Under the pieces are notes generated by a model. That model worked only from the letters and a program-made list of their open reading frames with translations, did not search any database and was not told the origin of the DNA. Positions 7,612 to 16,506 of a stretch of DNA of 44,116 nt are shown here, in pieces. The translations under genes were made by a program, and so were the position numbers. Source of the DNA: a virus (Duplodnaviria; Caudoviricetes); the IMG/VR virus record IMGVR_UViG_3300042814_000069, positions 1 to 44,116 of that record; one strand, 5' to 3'. The stretch's first letter is position 1. Each line of letters begins with the position of its first letter.

Positions 7612-9938
7612 GGCCTCCTATGTCGACCGCGTTCTCCGTTGCCAACCTCTCCGACGCGACCCGGTGCACCTGGTTCGACGTCATCGTCCCCTTCCAAGAA
7701 GGCCGCGATCTGCCGGCCTTCTGCCGCACTGCGGTGCGCGGCTGGCCGGCCGTGAAGGAGGAAGCGCTCGGCATCCAGGGCTGGCGCTTCGCTGTGCGCG
7801 GAGGGCTCGAGGGAGTCTCGATGGTGCGCGACGCCGTGGTGCGCAGCAATGACCCCGCACCGGCCTTCGCGCCCTCCGAGTGGGTCGACGATCGGTGGGA
7901 CCTGCTCACGGTGACGGTCGTCGTCGTCGTCAACGGCGTCGAGAACCGGATCGTGTGCAACCGCTTCCAGGTCTCGGAGTCGGCCGCCTCGAGGCGCTAC
8001 ACGCTGTGGGGGCGCTGCCCGACCCTCGACGTGCTGTGCGCCGATGGCTACCTGATCGAGCGCGCCGGCGACGACGTCGTCGAGCTCAAGATCGCGCTGC
8101 GCAATAGCCACCCGGAGCGCTCGACCATGGGCGTGCTGATTCAGGACGCCTGGATCGAGACGGGCGAGCTCCTGATCCTCGATGACCGCAACGCCTTCGG
8201 GTTCGGGACGGCCGAGCTCGCCAAGCCCGAGGTCCCGGCATGGGGGCCGTTCAAGTCGCGGATCGTGCAGCATCCGACCTGGCTCGGCGCCTGGTGCGAG
8301 ATGCACGTGCGGGGCGCGTTCCTCTGCCTGCCCAATGACGTGCCCTTCGGCATGCTCTTGCTCGGCAATGCGCAGACCAAGGCCCGCGTCGCCAACGCCG
8401 CCGCACGCATCGGCGGCCCGGTCATCGCGTGTCCCGCAGGATGGGACGACGCTCTGGAGACAGCTGGCTTCCTCGGGACCCATTACGTGCCGCGCCCCGT
8501 GCCGAACGACTATGCGCAGCTGCTCAAGTGGGCCGGCAAGGTTGTGGACTGGTTCAACCGGCCCGGTGCCGACTATCAGGACCAGCGGCCCCTCGGCCAG
8601 CTGAAAGGCGCGGGCAGCACGGGCGACCAGGAGGACTTCGGCGCGGGCAAGAAGATCGTGGGCGCGACGCTCGGGAACCCGGTGGGGATCTACCTCATGC
8701 GCGGCGCGCTCTCCGAGATGTGCCGGCCGATCCACCACTACGAAGCCGACGGCTCTTTGGTCAAGGTCGACAAACACCCCGATCTCGTGTTCTGGTCGCA
8801 AGGGGTTCACTACTCGACCACGGTGTCCCCGGATCGTCTGGGCAAGCCGGTGCCCGAGCCAGCGAACGAGACAGGTGGCTTCGGCGGGAAGGACAATCAG
8901 CACGACAGCGACAACAACTTGCACGCCGTGATCGCGTGCACGGGTGACGAGGTCCTGCTCAATGTCGTGCGCGCCGAGATCGAGAAGCATCGCGGCCGGT
9001 CCTCGACCTTCGTCGACGTGAGCCGCGGCCAGGGCCGCCCCTTCCATTCGATGGCCGACGAATACCTGCTCACGGCCGATGAGCGGATCTTCGACTGCCT
9101 CATGCATCACGTCGAGAACAGCTACCACGCGAGTGCCGCGAAGGGCTGGCTCGATGACAAGACTCGCACCGTGCGCGCAGTCTCGTGGTCGATGGACGAC
9201 CGCCTGCTCAAGATCTGGGATCCGGTGCAGGAGAAGTTCGTGAACGCACCCTGCTGGTCGGTCTGGGGCGAGGGCCTCAACTGGATCGGACTGCGGGCTG
9301 CAGCAAGGGCCGCGAAGAAGCGGGCCGCGCTCGCGCTCAAACCGTGGGACGCGCGGGCCGACCTGGCGCTTCGCCTCTGTTACGAGGTCGGCGCCACCGT
9401 CATGCGTCACGGCTTCTTCGTGAATGAGTTCGGAGCCTGGGACACTGCGGCCGTCGTGCTGTGGCAGCAGGGCGAGAACCAGGGCAAGGGCGTGCCCGAG
9501 TATCTCTACCGCTCGGCCGGCGCAGTGGGCGTGAACACGGGCCCGGGGATCTACGAATGGTCGATCCCGTGCATCTACGGAATGGTCGAGCTCCTCGAGC
9601 AGGACCTGCAGACCATGCAACCCGGGGACGTGCACCCGAACCTGGGGGGCTACACCAAGGAGGACTGCATGGATCTGGCGCGGCGCGGGCGCGCGATCAT
9701 GGAGAGCGATCGGCTGGACACGATCACGACGTGGCAGCAGAGGGAGTGGCGCGCGGTCTCACGCGAGGGCGCCGGCGCGGATGTGAAGTGGGCATCGATG
9801 GGCAAGGTCTCGGAGATCCAAGGCCTCGCCCCTTCGCTGCTCGGCACGGCGCCGAGCAGCATCCGCGAGCTCCTGCCTCAGAGCGGCGCGGACCCCGTGC
9901 TCCTGCCCTCGCCTGTCCTGCCTGCCGCTGTGGTGTAA
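7608..9938 (+). CDS. Large hypothetical protein; possible beta-sandwich plus (alpha/alpha)-toroid glycan-active fold
   Basis: 776 aa, strong GC3; ACTGDEVLL, SRGQGR and YLLTADER motifs. The ORF is secure, the function speculative. Confidence 0.8.
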   Translation: MRPPMSTAFSVANLSDATRCTWFDVIVPFQEGRDLPAFCRTAVRGWPAVKEEALGIQGWRFAVRGGLEGVSMVRDAVVRSNDPAPAFAPSEWVDDRWDLLTVTVVVVVNGVENRIVCNRFQVSESAASRRYTLWGRCPTLDVLCADGYLIERAGDDVVELKIALRNSHPERSTMGVLIQDAWIETGELLILDDRNAFGFGTAELAKPEVPAWGPFKSRIVQHPTWLGAWCEMHVRGAFLCLPNDVPFGMLLLGNAQTKARVANAAARIGGPVIACPAGWDDALETAGFLGTHYVPRPVPNDYAQLLKWAGKVVDWFNRPGADYQDQRPLGQLKGAGSTGDQEDFGAGKKIVGATLGNPVGIYLMRGALSEMCRPIHHYEADGSLVKVDKHPDLVFWSQGVHYSTTVSPDRLGKPVPEPANETGGFGGKDNQHDSDNNLHAVIACTGDEVLLNVVRAEIEKHRGRSSTFVDVSRGQGRPFHSMADEYLLTADERIFDCLMHHVENSYHASAAKGWLDDKTRTVRAVSWSMDDRLLKIWDPVQEKFVNAPCWSVWGEGLNWIGLRAAARAAKKRAALALKPWDARADLALRLCYEVGATVMRHGFFVNEFGAWDTAAVVLWQQGENQGKGVPEYLYRSAGAVGVNTGPGIYEWSIPCIYGMVELLEQDLQTMQPGDVHPNLGGYTKEDCMDLARRGRAIMESDRLDTITTWQQREWRAVSREGAGADVKWASMGKVSEIQGLAPSLLGTAPSSIRELLPQSGADPVLLPSPVLPAAVV

Positions 9939-10119
9939 CTACCGCATGCGCACGAGGGTATCAGCAGCAGACGCGGTGGCACGGGAGATCAGACCTAGGG
10001 CAGCAGGGGCCCACGATGGCCCAGGATCGATGCGTGCCAAGCTCGACCCATGGGCCATCCTGCCCTCGCGCAGTGCAGGGGCAGGGGGCGTGGGGCCAGG
10101 GGCCCCCCCCCCGTCGTCT

Positions 10120-10165
10120 GGGTCCTCCCGCGTGGGGGGCTGGTCGGGGTTACGGCGAGCCCGAG
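10120..10165 (+). other. Putative cos site (cosQ GGGTCCT plus cosN-like)
   Basis: GGGTCCT at 10120-10126, then after 23 nt TTACGGCGAGCC, sharing CGGCGA in register with lambda GGGCGGCGACCT; just upstream of terS. Confidence 0.65.
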
Positions 10166-10236
10166 GGGGGAAGCAAAATCACCCGGCTCGACTCAAGATG
10201 GATCGGAGCTCGTGGATCCGCGCGGGGCGCTGACCC

Positions 10237-10806
10237 GTGAAGAAGCGACCGGGAACCGTGACCACCCGGAGCGCCCTGATGGGCGCGCTCAAGGTCGCGC
10301 ACAGCACGGTGGCCAACTGGGTGAACCGGCCAGACTTCCCCGGTGGGAAGCACGGACCCTGGGAGCTCGCCAAGGTCGTCGCCTACGTGCAGGACATGCG
10401 CGCCGGCAGCAAAGCGCGCGACGGCTCGCACGAGGCAACCGCGTTCGAGGACCTCGGGCAGGGCGGCGGCGCGAAGGCCGGCAACCGCCAGGACTCGCTC
10501 GACCTCAAGCGCCGCGTCGAGACGCAGCTGCTCGCCGAGAACCTCAAACGCGCGCGCGGGCTCGTCGTCCCCCGCGACGAGGTCGCCGTCATGCTCGCGG
10601 CCCGCATGCGAGAGCTCACCCGCATGCTCGGCGCCGTCGCGCGCCGGCTCGGCCGCAAGCTCCAGCACCGGGCTCTCGACGCGGCCTTCATCGAGGCCGA
10701 AGTCCGCGCCGAGCACGAGCGCGTCATGTGGTCCTGCTACGGCCGCGACGAACCCGGAGAAACCGTGGACACCGAACCGCGCGAGCGGCAAGATCCGGCA
10801 CCGTGA
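10237..10806 (+). CDS. terS: Terminase small subunit (Nu1-like)
   Basis: N-terminal wHTH (LKVAHSTVANWV...P...WELAKV), coiled coil, RGLVVPRDEV motif; upstream of terL. Confidence 0.8.
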   Translation: MKKRPGTVTTRSALMGALKVAHSTVANWVNRPDFPGGKHGPWELAKVVAYVQDMRAGSKARDGSHEATAFEDLGQGGGAKAGNRQDSLDLKRRVETQLLAENLKRARGLVVPRDEVAVMLAARMRELTRMLGAVARRLGRKLQHRALDAAFIEAEVRAEHERVMWSCYGRDEPGETVDTEPRERQDPAP

Positions 10807-10888
10807 AGCCGGCGCCGGCGCGCGCCATTCCTTCCTGTCCCCCCTCCCTTTCTGCCGCCTGTGAGTCGCGCGGCGCCGGCCTTCACGC

Positions 10889-12817
10889 TTGAGCGCGATC
10901 TCCAAGCTCCTCTGGCCGGAAGAGCGCGCCGCCGCCCGCCCCCCCGAGCACCTGACCGTCTCGCAGTGGGCCGACCGCTACCGCATCCTGCCGCCTGACT
11001 CCGCGGTCCCCGGCCCCTGGTCGACCGACCTCAACCCGCCGACCCGCGGGATCATGGACGCGTTCTCGGACCGTGCCATCCGCTCGATGACCCTCATGGG
11101 CGGGACGCAGTGGGGGAAGTCCGAGACCCTGATCAATTGCGGGCTCTGGGCCATCGACCAGGACCCGGCGCCGATCGCGTTCGTCATGCCGACCGAGAAG
11201 CAGGTCGTCTCGTTCGCACATCGCCGGCTGAAGCAGGCCGTCGCGAGCTCGCCGCGCACGCGGCCCATGCTGCCAAAGCGCAAGGGCGACTGGAAGGCCG
11301 ACGAGTTCACGATCAACGGCGCGTCCGTGCTCATGGCGTGGGCCGAGAGCGCCTCGCGCCTCGCCGAGCGTTCCATCCGCTACGTGTTCGCGGACGAGAT
11401 CGACAAGATGAAAGAGTTCACGGGGAAGGAAGCCGACCCGCTGAGCCTGATCACGGAGCGCACGCGCTGGTGGCACGACTACAAACACGTCTTCGCGTCG
11501 ACCCCGACGACGCCGCGGGGCTACATATGGGGCTACTGGCTCCGCTCCGATCGCCGGCGTTTCTTCGTCCCATGCATCCATTGCGGCACCTTCCAGCCCC
11601 TCGAGTTCTCCAAGACCCACGTCGTCTGGCCAGAGACCGAGCGCGACCCTGAGAAGATCCGCAAACAGCGCCTCGCCCGCTATGTGTGCCAGACGTGCAC
11701 GAAGCAGATCGAGGACACCGACGAGAACCGGCACCGCATGCTGCGCGGCGGAGTCTGGGTCCCCGAGGGCGGCAAGGTCCTGCACGACGGCACGGTCGCC
11801 GGGCCATTCACGGAGCACGCCGGCTTCCATCTCAACTGCCTCTACTCGCCGGTGCTGACCTGGTCGGACTGCGCCGCGATGTTCCTGCGCAGCAAGGACA
11901 ACGTCGCCGGGCTCCTCAACTGGACCAACTCCTGGCTCGGCTGGCCGTGGATCGAGAAGAGCCTCGAGCTCGAGAAGGACAAGCTGGCGCAGCGCGCGGT
12001 GCACGCGATGCCGCGCGGCGTCTACCCCAAGGGCGCCGTCGTGCTCACGGCCGGCGCCGACGTCGGCAAGAACCTGATCCACTACGTGATCACGGCTTGG
12101 ATGCCGGGCGAGCGGACGCATTGCGTCGAGGCCGGCGTGGTCACGACCCTCGACGAGCTCACCCTGGTGCTGCTCATGCGCACGTTCGAGGACGTGGACA
12201 AGCAACCGCTCCCGGTGCGGCTCGTGTGCATCGACTCGGGATACGACACGGACAAGGTCTACGGCTGGTGCATGCAGTTCCCCGAGCTCGCGCGGCCGAC
12301 GAAGGGCTTCGACACGCGCGCGGTCCCCTACATGGCGACCAAGATAGAGCGCGACTTCGGCGGCACCCCCGGCGGCCTCATGCTCTGGTCGATCGATACC
12401 AGCTACTACAAAGACAAGCTGGCGCGGCAGATGACCGGCGACTTCGGGGCGGCCGGCTCGTGGTCGATCCATGAAAACCCGCCCGACCCCGTGCTCGAGC
12501 ATCTCACGAGCGAGCACAAGGTCCTGCACCGTGATAGCAAGGGCCGCGTCAAAGAGGTCTGGATGCCGAAGCCCGACGGCGGGCCGAACCACTGGTTCGA
12601 CGCCGCGGTCTATTCCTTCGCCGCCGGCGACATGCTCCACACCTACACGCTTCGCGAGCACGCGCCGGCCGAGAGCATCGCCGCGTTCTCGGCCGCGGTC
12701 GGTGCGGCAACGCGGACCGACGAGACCAAGCGCCGCGCCGAGTCGTGGATCCGGAAGCGCGACGAAGAGCGCGAGACCAGACGTGGCGGCTTCATTCGCC
12801 GGCGTGGGCCGTCGTGA
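10889..12817 (+). CDS. terL: Terminase large subunit (GpA family)
   Basis: LTVSQWAD, Walker A MGGTQWGKSE, Walker B YVFADEID, ASTPT, PCIHCG, LTAGADVG, CIDSGY, NHWFDA. Confidence 0.97.
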   Translation: MSAISKLLWPEERAAARPPEHLTVSQWADRYRILPPDSAVPGPWSTDLNPPTRGIMDAFSDRAIRSMTLMGGTQWGKSETLINCGLWAIDQDPAPIAFVMPTEKQVVSFAHRRLKQAVASSPRTRPMLPKRKGDWKADEFTINGASVLMAWAESASRLAERSIRYVFADEIDKMKEFTGKEADPLSLITERTRWWHDYKHVFASTPTTPRGYIWGYWLRSDRRRFFVPCIHCGTFQPLEFSKTHVVWPETERDPEKIRKQRLARYVCQTCTKQIEDTDENRHRMLRGGVWVPEGGKVLHDGTVAGPFTEHAGFHLNCLYSPVLTWSDCAAMFLRSKDNVAGLLNWTNSWLGWPWIEKSLELEKDKLAQRAVHAMPRGVYPKGAVVLTAGADVGKNLIHYVITAWMPGERTHCVEAGVVTTLDELTLVLLMRTFEDVDKQPLPVRLVCIDSGYDTDKVYGWCMQFPELARPTKGFDTRAVPYMATKIERDFGGTPGGLMLWSIDTSYYKDKLARQMTGDFGAAGSWSIHENPPDPVLEHLTSEHKVLHRDSKGRVKEVWMPKPDGGPNHWFDAAVYSFAAGDMLHTYTLREHAPAESIAAFSAAVGAATRTDETKRRAESWIRKRDEERETRRGGFIRRRGPS

Positions 12818-13116
12818 GGCGGCGCTTCCTCGATCGTGTGCCGCGCCGGAGCCAGCAGCACGAGCCGCCCCCGCCTCCCCCTGAGCCGGCGCCGAGCTCG
12901 GGAGGGGAGGGCGACGACGGGGAGGGCGACGAGCTCCCGATCGTCCCCTTCGTCCCGGTCCGGTGCCCGCGCTGCAAGGCGACCAAGCCGATCACGGACG
13001 GGATCTACAAGCCGCTGCGACGGCGCTATCACCTGTGCCAGGACTGCGGGCGAAAGTTCCTCTCGGTCGAGCTCGACCCCGGCGACCTCGAGACCCCCCT
13101 GGACGCGGCCCGGTAA
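12814..13116 (+). CDS. Ogr/Delta-like zinc-finger protein
   Basis: VRCPRCKA...RRYHLCQDCGRKFLSVE; GTGA overlap with terL. Confidence 0.7.
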   Translation: MRRRFLDRVPRRSQQHEPPPPPPEPAPSSGGEGDDGEGDELPIVPFVPVRCPRCKATKPITDGIYKPLRRRYHLCQDCGRKFLSVELDPGDLETPLDAAR

Positions 13117-13127
13117 GAACCGGCACC

Positions 13128-14741
13128 ATGCCTCGGTCCCTCATCCCCCTAACTCCTCAGAGATCCATGAAGAAGAACCCGCACGAGACGCTCGCCGCCG
13201 ATCAATCCGCCCTGACCGTTCTCAAGCTGGCCGAGCTCGTCGAGAGCAAACACAACGCCCGCCGCTCGTTCGACTCCGCCAAGATGAAGGAGCTCGTCGA
13301 GTCGATCGCGATTCACGGCGTGCTCTCGCCGATCCTGGTCCGCCCCCTCGGCAAGGGATACGAGATCGTCGCCGGCGCGCGCCGCTTCCGCGCCGCCCGG
13401 ACCGCGAAGCTCGAGACCCTGCCCTGCGTCGTGCGCACGCTCGACGACAAGGAAGCGCTCGAGGTGAACCTGATTGAGAATCTCCAGCGCGCTGACCTCG
13501 AGCCGCTCGAAGAAGCCGACGGCTACCTCACCCTGACCAAGAAGCACGGCTACTCGGCCGAGCAGCTCGCGACCAAGATCGGCAAGTCGATCGGCTACGT
13601 CTACGGTCGGCTCAAGCTCTGCGAGCTCGCGCCCGGCGTGAAGAAGATGGTCGCCGACAAGACGCTCGACATGAGCCTGGCACTGCTCGTCGCGCGCATC
13701 CCCGACGTCAAGCTCTCGGAGAAGGCCGCGAAAGAGATCGTGAGTGGCTTCGGCAACGGCGAGGCCATGTCCTGGCGCCGCGCCTCGGAGCACATCCAGA
13801 GCTCCTACATGCTGAGGCTCAAAGACGCGCCCTTCGACACCGGCGACAAGACCCTGGTGCCCGCGGCCGGCGCATGCGGCCCGTGTCCGAAGCGCTCGGG
13901 GAACCAGCGCGGTCTCTTCGACGACGTGCAGGGCAAGAGCAACGAGCTCTGCACCGATGGCGCGTGCTTCAAGAGCAAGTGCGACGCTTGGTGGCAGCGC
14001 GAGGCGGCGAAGGCAAAGGACAAGGGCGTGCAGGTCCTCGAGGGCAAGGAAGCGGACAAAGCCGCCGATCCCTACTCGGGCAAGAGCATCGACCTCGACC
14101 GCAAGGCCTACGACATCGGCCAGCACGACAAGACCTATCGGCAGCTGCTCGGCAAGAGCGCCGACGTCGACCAGCAGCTCGCCCGCACGAGCCGCGGCGA
14201 GGTCAAGCAGCTCGCGCCGCGCGACCAAGTGATGGCGGCGCTCAAAGACAAGGGGCTCATGGTCCCGAAGAAGCCGGCCAGCAACGGCGTCGACAAGAAG
14301 CACAAGGCCGCGCACGATCTGCGCAAGAAGGCGATCGCGCTGACGCTCGAGGACCTGGTCGAGAAGGCCGAGGCCGCGAGCAACGAGAAGAAGTTCGCGC
14401 GCTTCGTGGTCGAGGCCCTGCTCCGCGAGGAAGTCGGCACGGCGCAGGACGTCGGCGCTCGGCGTGGCGTCGAGTTCCGCAAGGGCGGCGGCGGCTTCGG
14501 CGTCTCGACCGCGGGCGAGCGCTACCTCGACAGCCTCACGGCGGCGCAGCTGCGCGGCCTGGTCGTCGAGCTCATCGCCGTCTCGGACGCCACCGCGATG
14601 TTCCGCGCGACTTACGGCGACGGCTGGCTCGCGGCGTGCGAGCTCGCCGGGATCGACATGAAGAAGCGCGAGGAGCTCGTGAAGAAGGGCGCAGCGGAGA
14701 AGGCGGGGCAGAAGAAGGCCGCGAAGGCCGCCGCGAAGTGA
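13128..14741 (+). CDS. parB: ParB/Spo0J family protein with Cys-rich extension
   Basis: NARRSF...GVLSPILVRP...YEIVAGARRFRAA, LIENLQRADL, HTH, CGPCPKRSG...CTDGACF; start at 13128 or 13167. Confidence 0.92.
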   Translation: MPRSLIPLTPQRSMKKNPHETLAADQSALTVLKLAELVESKHNARRSFDSAKMKELVESIAIHGVLSPILVRPLGKGYEIVAGARRFRAARTAKLETLPCVVRTLDDKEALEVNLIENLQRADLEPLEEADGYLTLTKKHGYSAEQLATKIGKSIGYVYGRLKLCELAPGVKKMVADKTLDMSLALLVARIPDVKLSEKAAKEIVSGFGNGEAMSWRRASEHIQSSYMLRLKDAPFDTGDKTLVPAAGACGPCPKRSGNQRGLFDDVQGKSNELCTDGACFKSKCDAWWQREAAKAKDKGVQVLEGKEADKAADPYSGKSIDLDRKAYDIGQHDKTYRQLLGKSADVDQQLARTSRGEVKQLAPRDQVMAALKDKGLMVPKKPASNGVDKKHKAAHDLRKKAIALTLEDLVEKAEAASNEKKFARFVVEALLREEVGTAQDVGARRGVEFRKGGGGFGVSTAGERYLDSLTAAQLRGLVVELIAVSDATAMFRATYGDGWLAACELAGIDMKKREELVKKGAAEKAGQKKAAKAAAK

Positions 14742-15090
14742 GCGAGCCGGACGACATGGAGATCGTGAGCCGCGACAGCGACGGCCGCGTCTACCGCTTC
14801 CCTGGCGTTCCGCTCGGGGAGATCAAGAAGGAGGTCGAGGTCCCGGGCGTGCTGTGGCTCGCCGGCGCCGTGCGGCTCTACAAGTGCACGCGCGAGCCGA
14901 GACGCCGCGGCCGAGGAGCTTCTGGAACAAGCTCGGCTTCACCAAGGAGGAGCTCTGCCACCTGCTCGAGATACGCAAGCGGGGGCGCGTGGAGTTCTAC
15001 AGCGAGCGCAGGATCGAGGATCTCAAGGCGAAGCTCTTGCAGTGCAGTAAGGCGGCTGCGGAGACCGCGCGCCGAAAAGGCCGGCGATAG
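14738..15090 (+). pseudogene. Hypothetical gene apparently split by a -1 frame change near 14890-14915
   Basis: GC3 bias follows the 14738 frame to ~14900, then switches to the frame ending at 15090. Confidence 0.45.
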
Positions 15091-15230
15091 GACCGGGCAA
15101 CGCGTGGGCAACTAGAGAATCTTCTGCCCCCTCGATTCGCGCGGACGCAGTCCATTCGCCGAATCTGCGCGCCCCCTCGTTGCCTGACCGGGCCAGCCCC
15201 ACCGGCCCGGGTATCCCTGCGCGCCCTCAC

Positions 15231-15575
15231 ATGAAGACGCAACGCAGCCCGCTGAGCAGACAGGAAGCCGCTCTAAAGGTGGCAGCAATCACCGGCCTCC
15301 CGGCACCGGACATGTCCACGCTCTCGAAGTGGATGAACAAGGGCTTGCGGCTCCCCAACGGCAAGCGTCTCCGCCTCGCCCGACGCAGGGTCGCGGGCCG
15401 CGTCTACACGGATGAAGAGTCGCTCCGCGAGTTTCTCGCGACGATGGAGCAGGCGGACGTCGACAGGTTCATCGACGCCTCGAAGAAGGCGACCTCGCAG
15501 CAGATCCACGACCGCGCGGAGACCATCGCCGAGCTCGCGGCCGCGAAGGTGCGCGAGAGGAGAGGCCGCACGTGA
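15231..15575 (+). CDS. DUF1580-like HTH protein (excisionase-like)
   Basis: PDMSTLSKWMNKGL...LRLARRRVAGRVYTDEESLREFL matches the DUF1580 pattern. Confidence 0.75.
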   Translation: MKTQRSPLSRQEAALKVAAITGLPAPDMSTLSKWMNKGLRLPNGKRLRLARRRVAGRVYTDEESLREFLATMEQADVDRFIDASKKATSQQIHDRAETIAELAAAKVRERRGRT

Positions 15576-15814
15576 CCGCGAAGAGCACGAAGAGCGCGAC
15601 GATCCCGCACGGCAGCCGGACCGACGACGCGCTGTTGGGTCACGAGATCCTTGCCGCCCTGCTTCGTGGCGACATCGCAGAAGCGAAGCGACTCGCCGCC
15701 GGCTACCTGCGCCGTAGTCGCGAGCGGTCTGCCGCGGGGTGCGAGGGCGATGCGCGAGGTTCCTCGGCTTCCTCGGCGACGCCAACTAGCCCAGCTCCAA
15801 CTGGTTCGCCATGA
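15572..15814 (+). CDS. Hypothetical protein
   Basis: GTGA coupling; 3' end overlaps a convergent gene. Confidence 0.5.
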   Translation: MTAKSTKSATIPHGSRTDDALLGHEILAALLRGDIAEAKRLAAGYLRRSRERSAAGCEGDARGSSASSATPTSPAPTGSP

Positions 15815-15932
15815 ACGCGCAGAAAGCCAAGTAGAGCCAGCGCGCGTCGGCCTGCACGAGATAGACGATCACGAGCACGACCACGGCCGCCGCTGTCAGG
15901 AGCCGAAACACGCGCAGCGCGTCGGGGCTCAT
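15786..15932 (-). CDS. Small two-TM membrane protein (48 aa)
   Basis: MSPDALRVFRLLTAAAVVVLVIVYLV...WLYLAFCAFM; ATGA overlap with the upstream minus-strand gene. Confidence 0.65.
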   Translation of the reverse strand: MSPDALRVFRLLTAAAVVVLVIVYLVQADARWLYLAFCAFMANQLELG

Positions 15933-16171
15933 GCGACCACCGCTTCCTCCGAAGTGAGACCCCGCACGCCGAGATAGACCACGCGGAGCGGGCGCTTCAG
16001 GTCGGAGACTTCGACCTGACCCTGGCATGTGCCGTTCGCCGCGACTTGGAAGGGCTGGTCCTTGCGCTTGCCGTCGGCCGCGATGACTCGCACGGTGCAC
16101 TCGGCGCCGGCCAGCTTGGTATCCGTGAAGGCAAACGAGACAGAGGTTCCGGTAGCTGAGGCCTGGATCAT
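15929..16171 (-). CDS. Small beta-rich (Ig-like?) protein
   Basis: 80 aa with alternating beta pattern; coupled to the TM gene. Confidence 0.65.
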   Translation of the reverse strand: MIQASATGTSVSFAFTDTKLAGAECTVRVIAADGKRKDQPFQVAANGTCQGQVEVSDLKRPLRVVYLGVRGLTSEEAVVA

Positions 16172-16269
16172 GAGGCGCGGGATCGTAACCGCGGCCCGAT
16201 TCAGCAGGACGGAAAGACCGGCACACCCTAGCGGGGGCTCGTGAGGATTCGCTAAGAGCCTTCGGGCTG

Positions 16270-16503
16270 ATGGGTCTCGCAGAAGACACGGCGCTCCTCG
16301 CCAAGATCAACACCGCGATCGATGCGCAGCTCACCAGCGGCGCGACGGAGGAATACGTCGTGGGGAGCGGCGGCGGGCATCAGCGGCACGTCCGCAAGAC
16401 GCCCCTCGCCGAGCTCATGAAGCAACGCGACCTGTTGACGGCGCGCATCTCGGCCGCGACCGAGGGCGGCTCGTTCAACTTCGCCGTTCGGGGCGAGGCC
16501 TGA
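16270..16503 (+). CDS. gpW-like head-tail joining protein
   Basis: LAKINTAIDA...EEYVVG...LAELMKQRD; directly before the portal. Confidence 0.8.
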   Translation: MGLAEDTALLAKINTAIDAQLTSGATEEYVVGSGGGHQRHVRKTPLAELMKQRDLLTARISAATEGGSFNFAVRGEA

Positions 16504-16506
16504 CCC

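Noticed and set aside
9946-10233. 95-aa ORF upstream of terS
   Set aside because: Low-complexity translation over G/C runs; the region is better explained as the cos site
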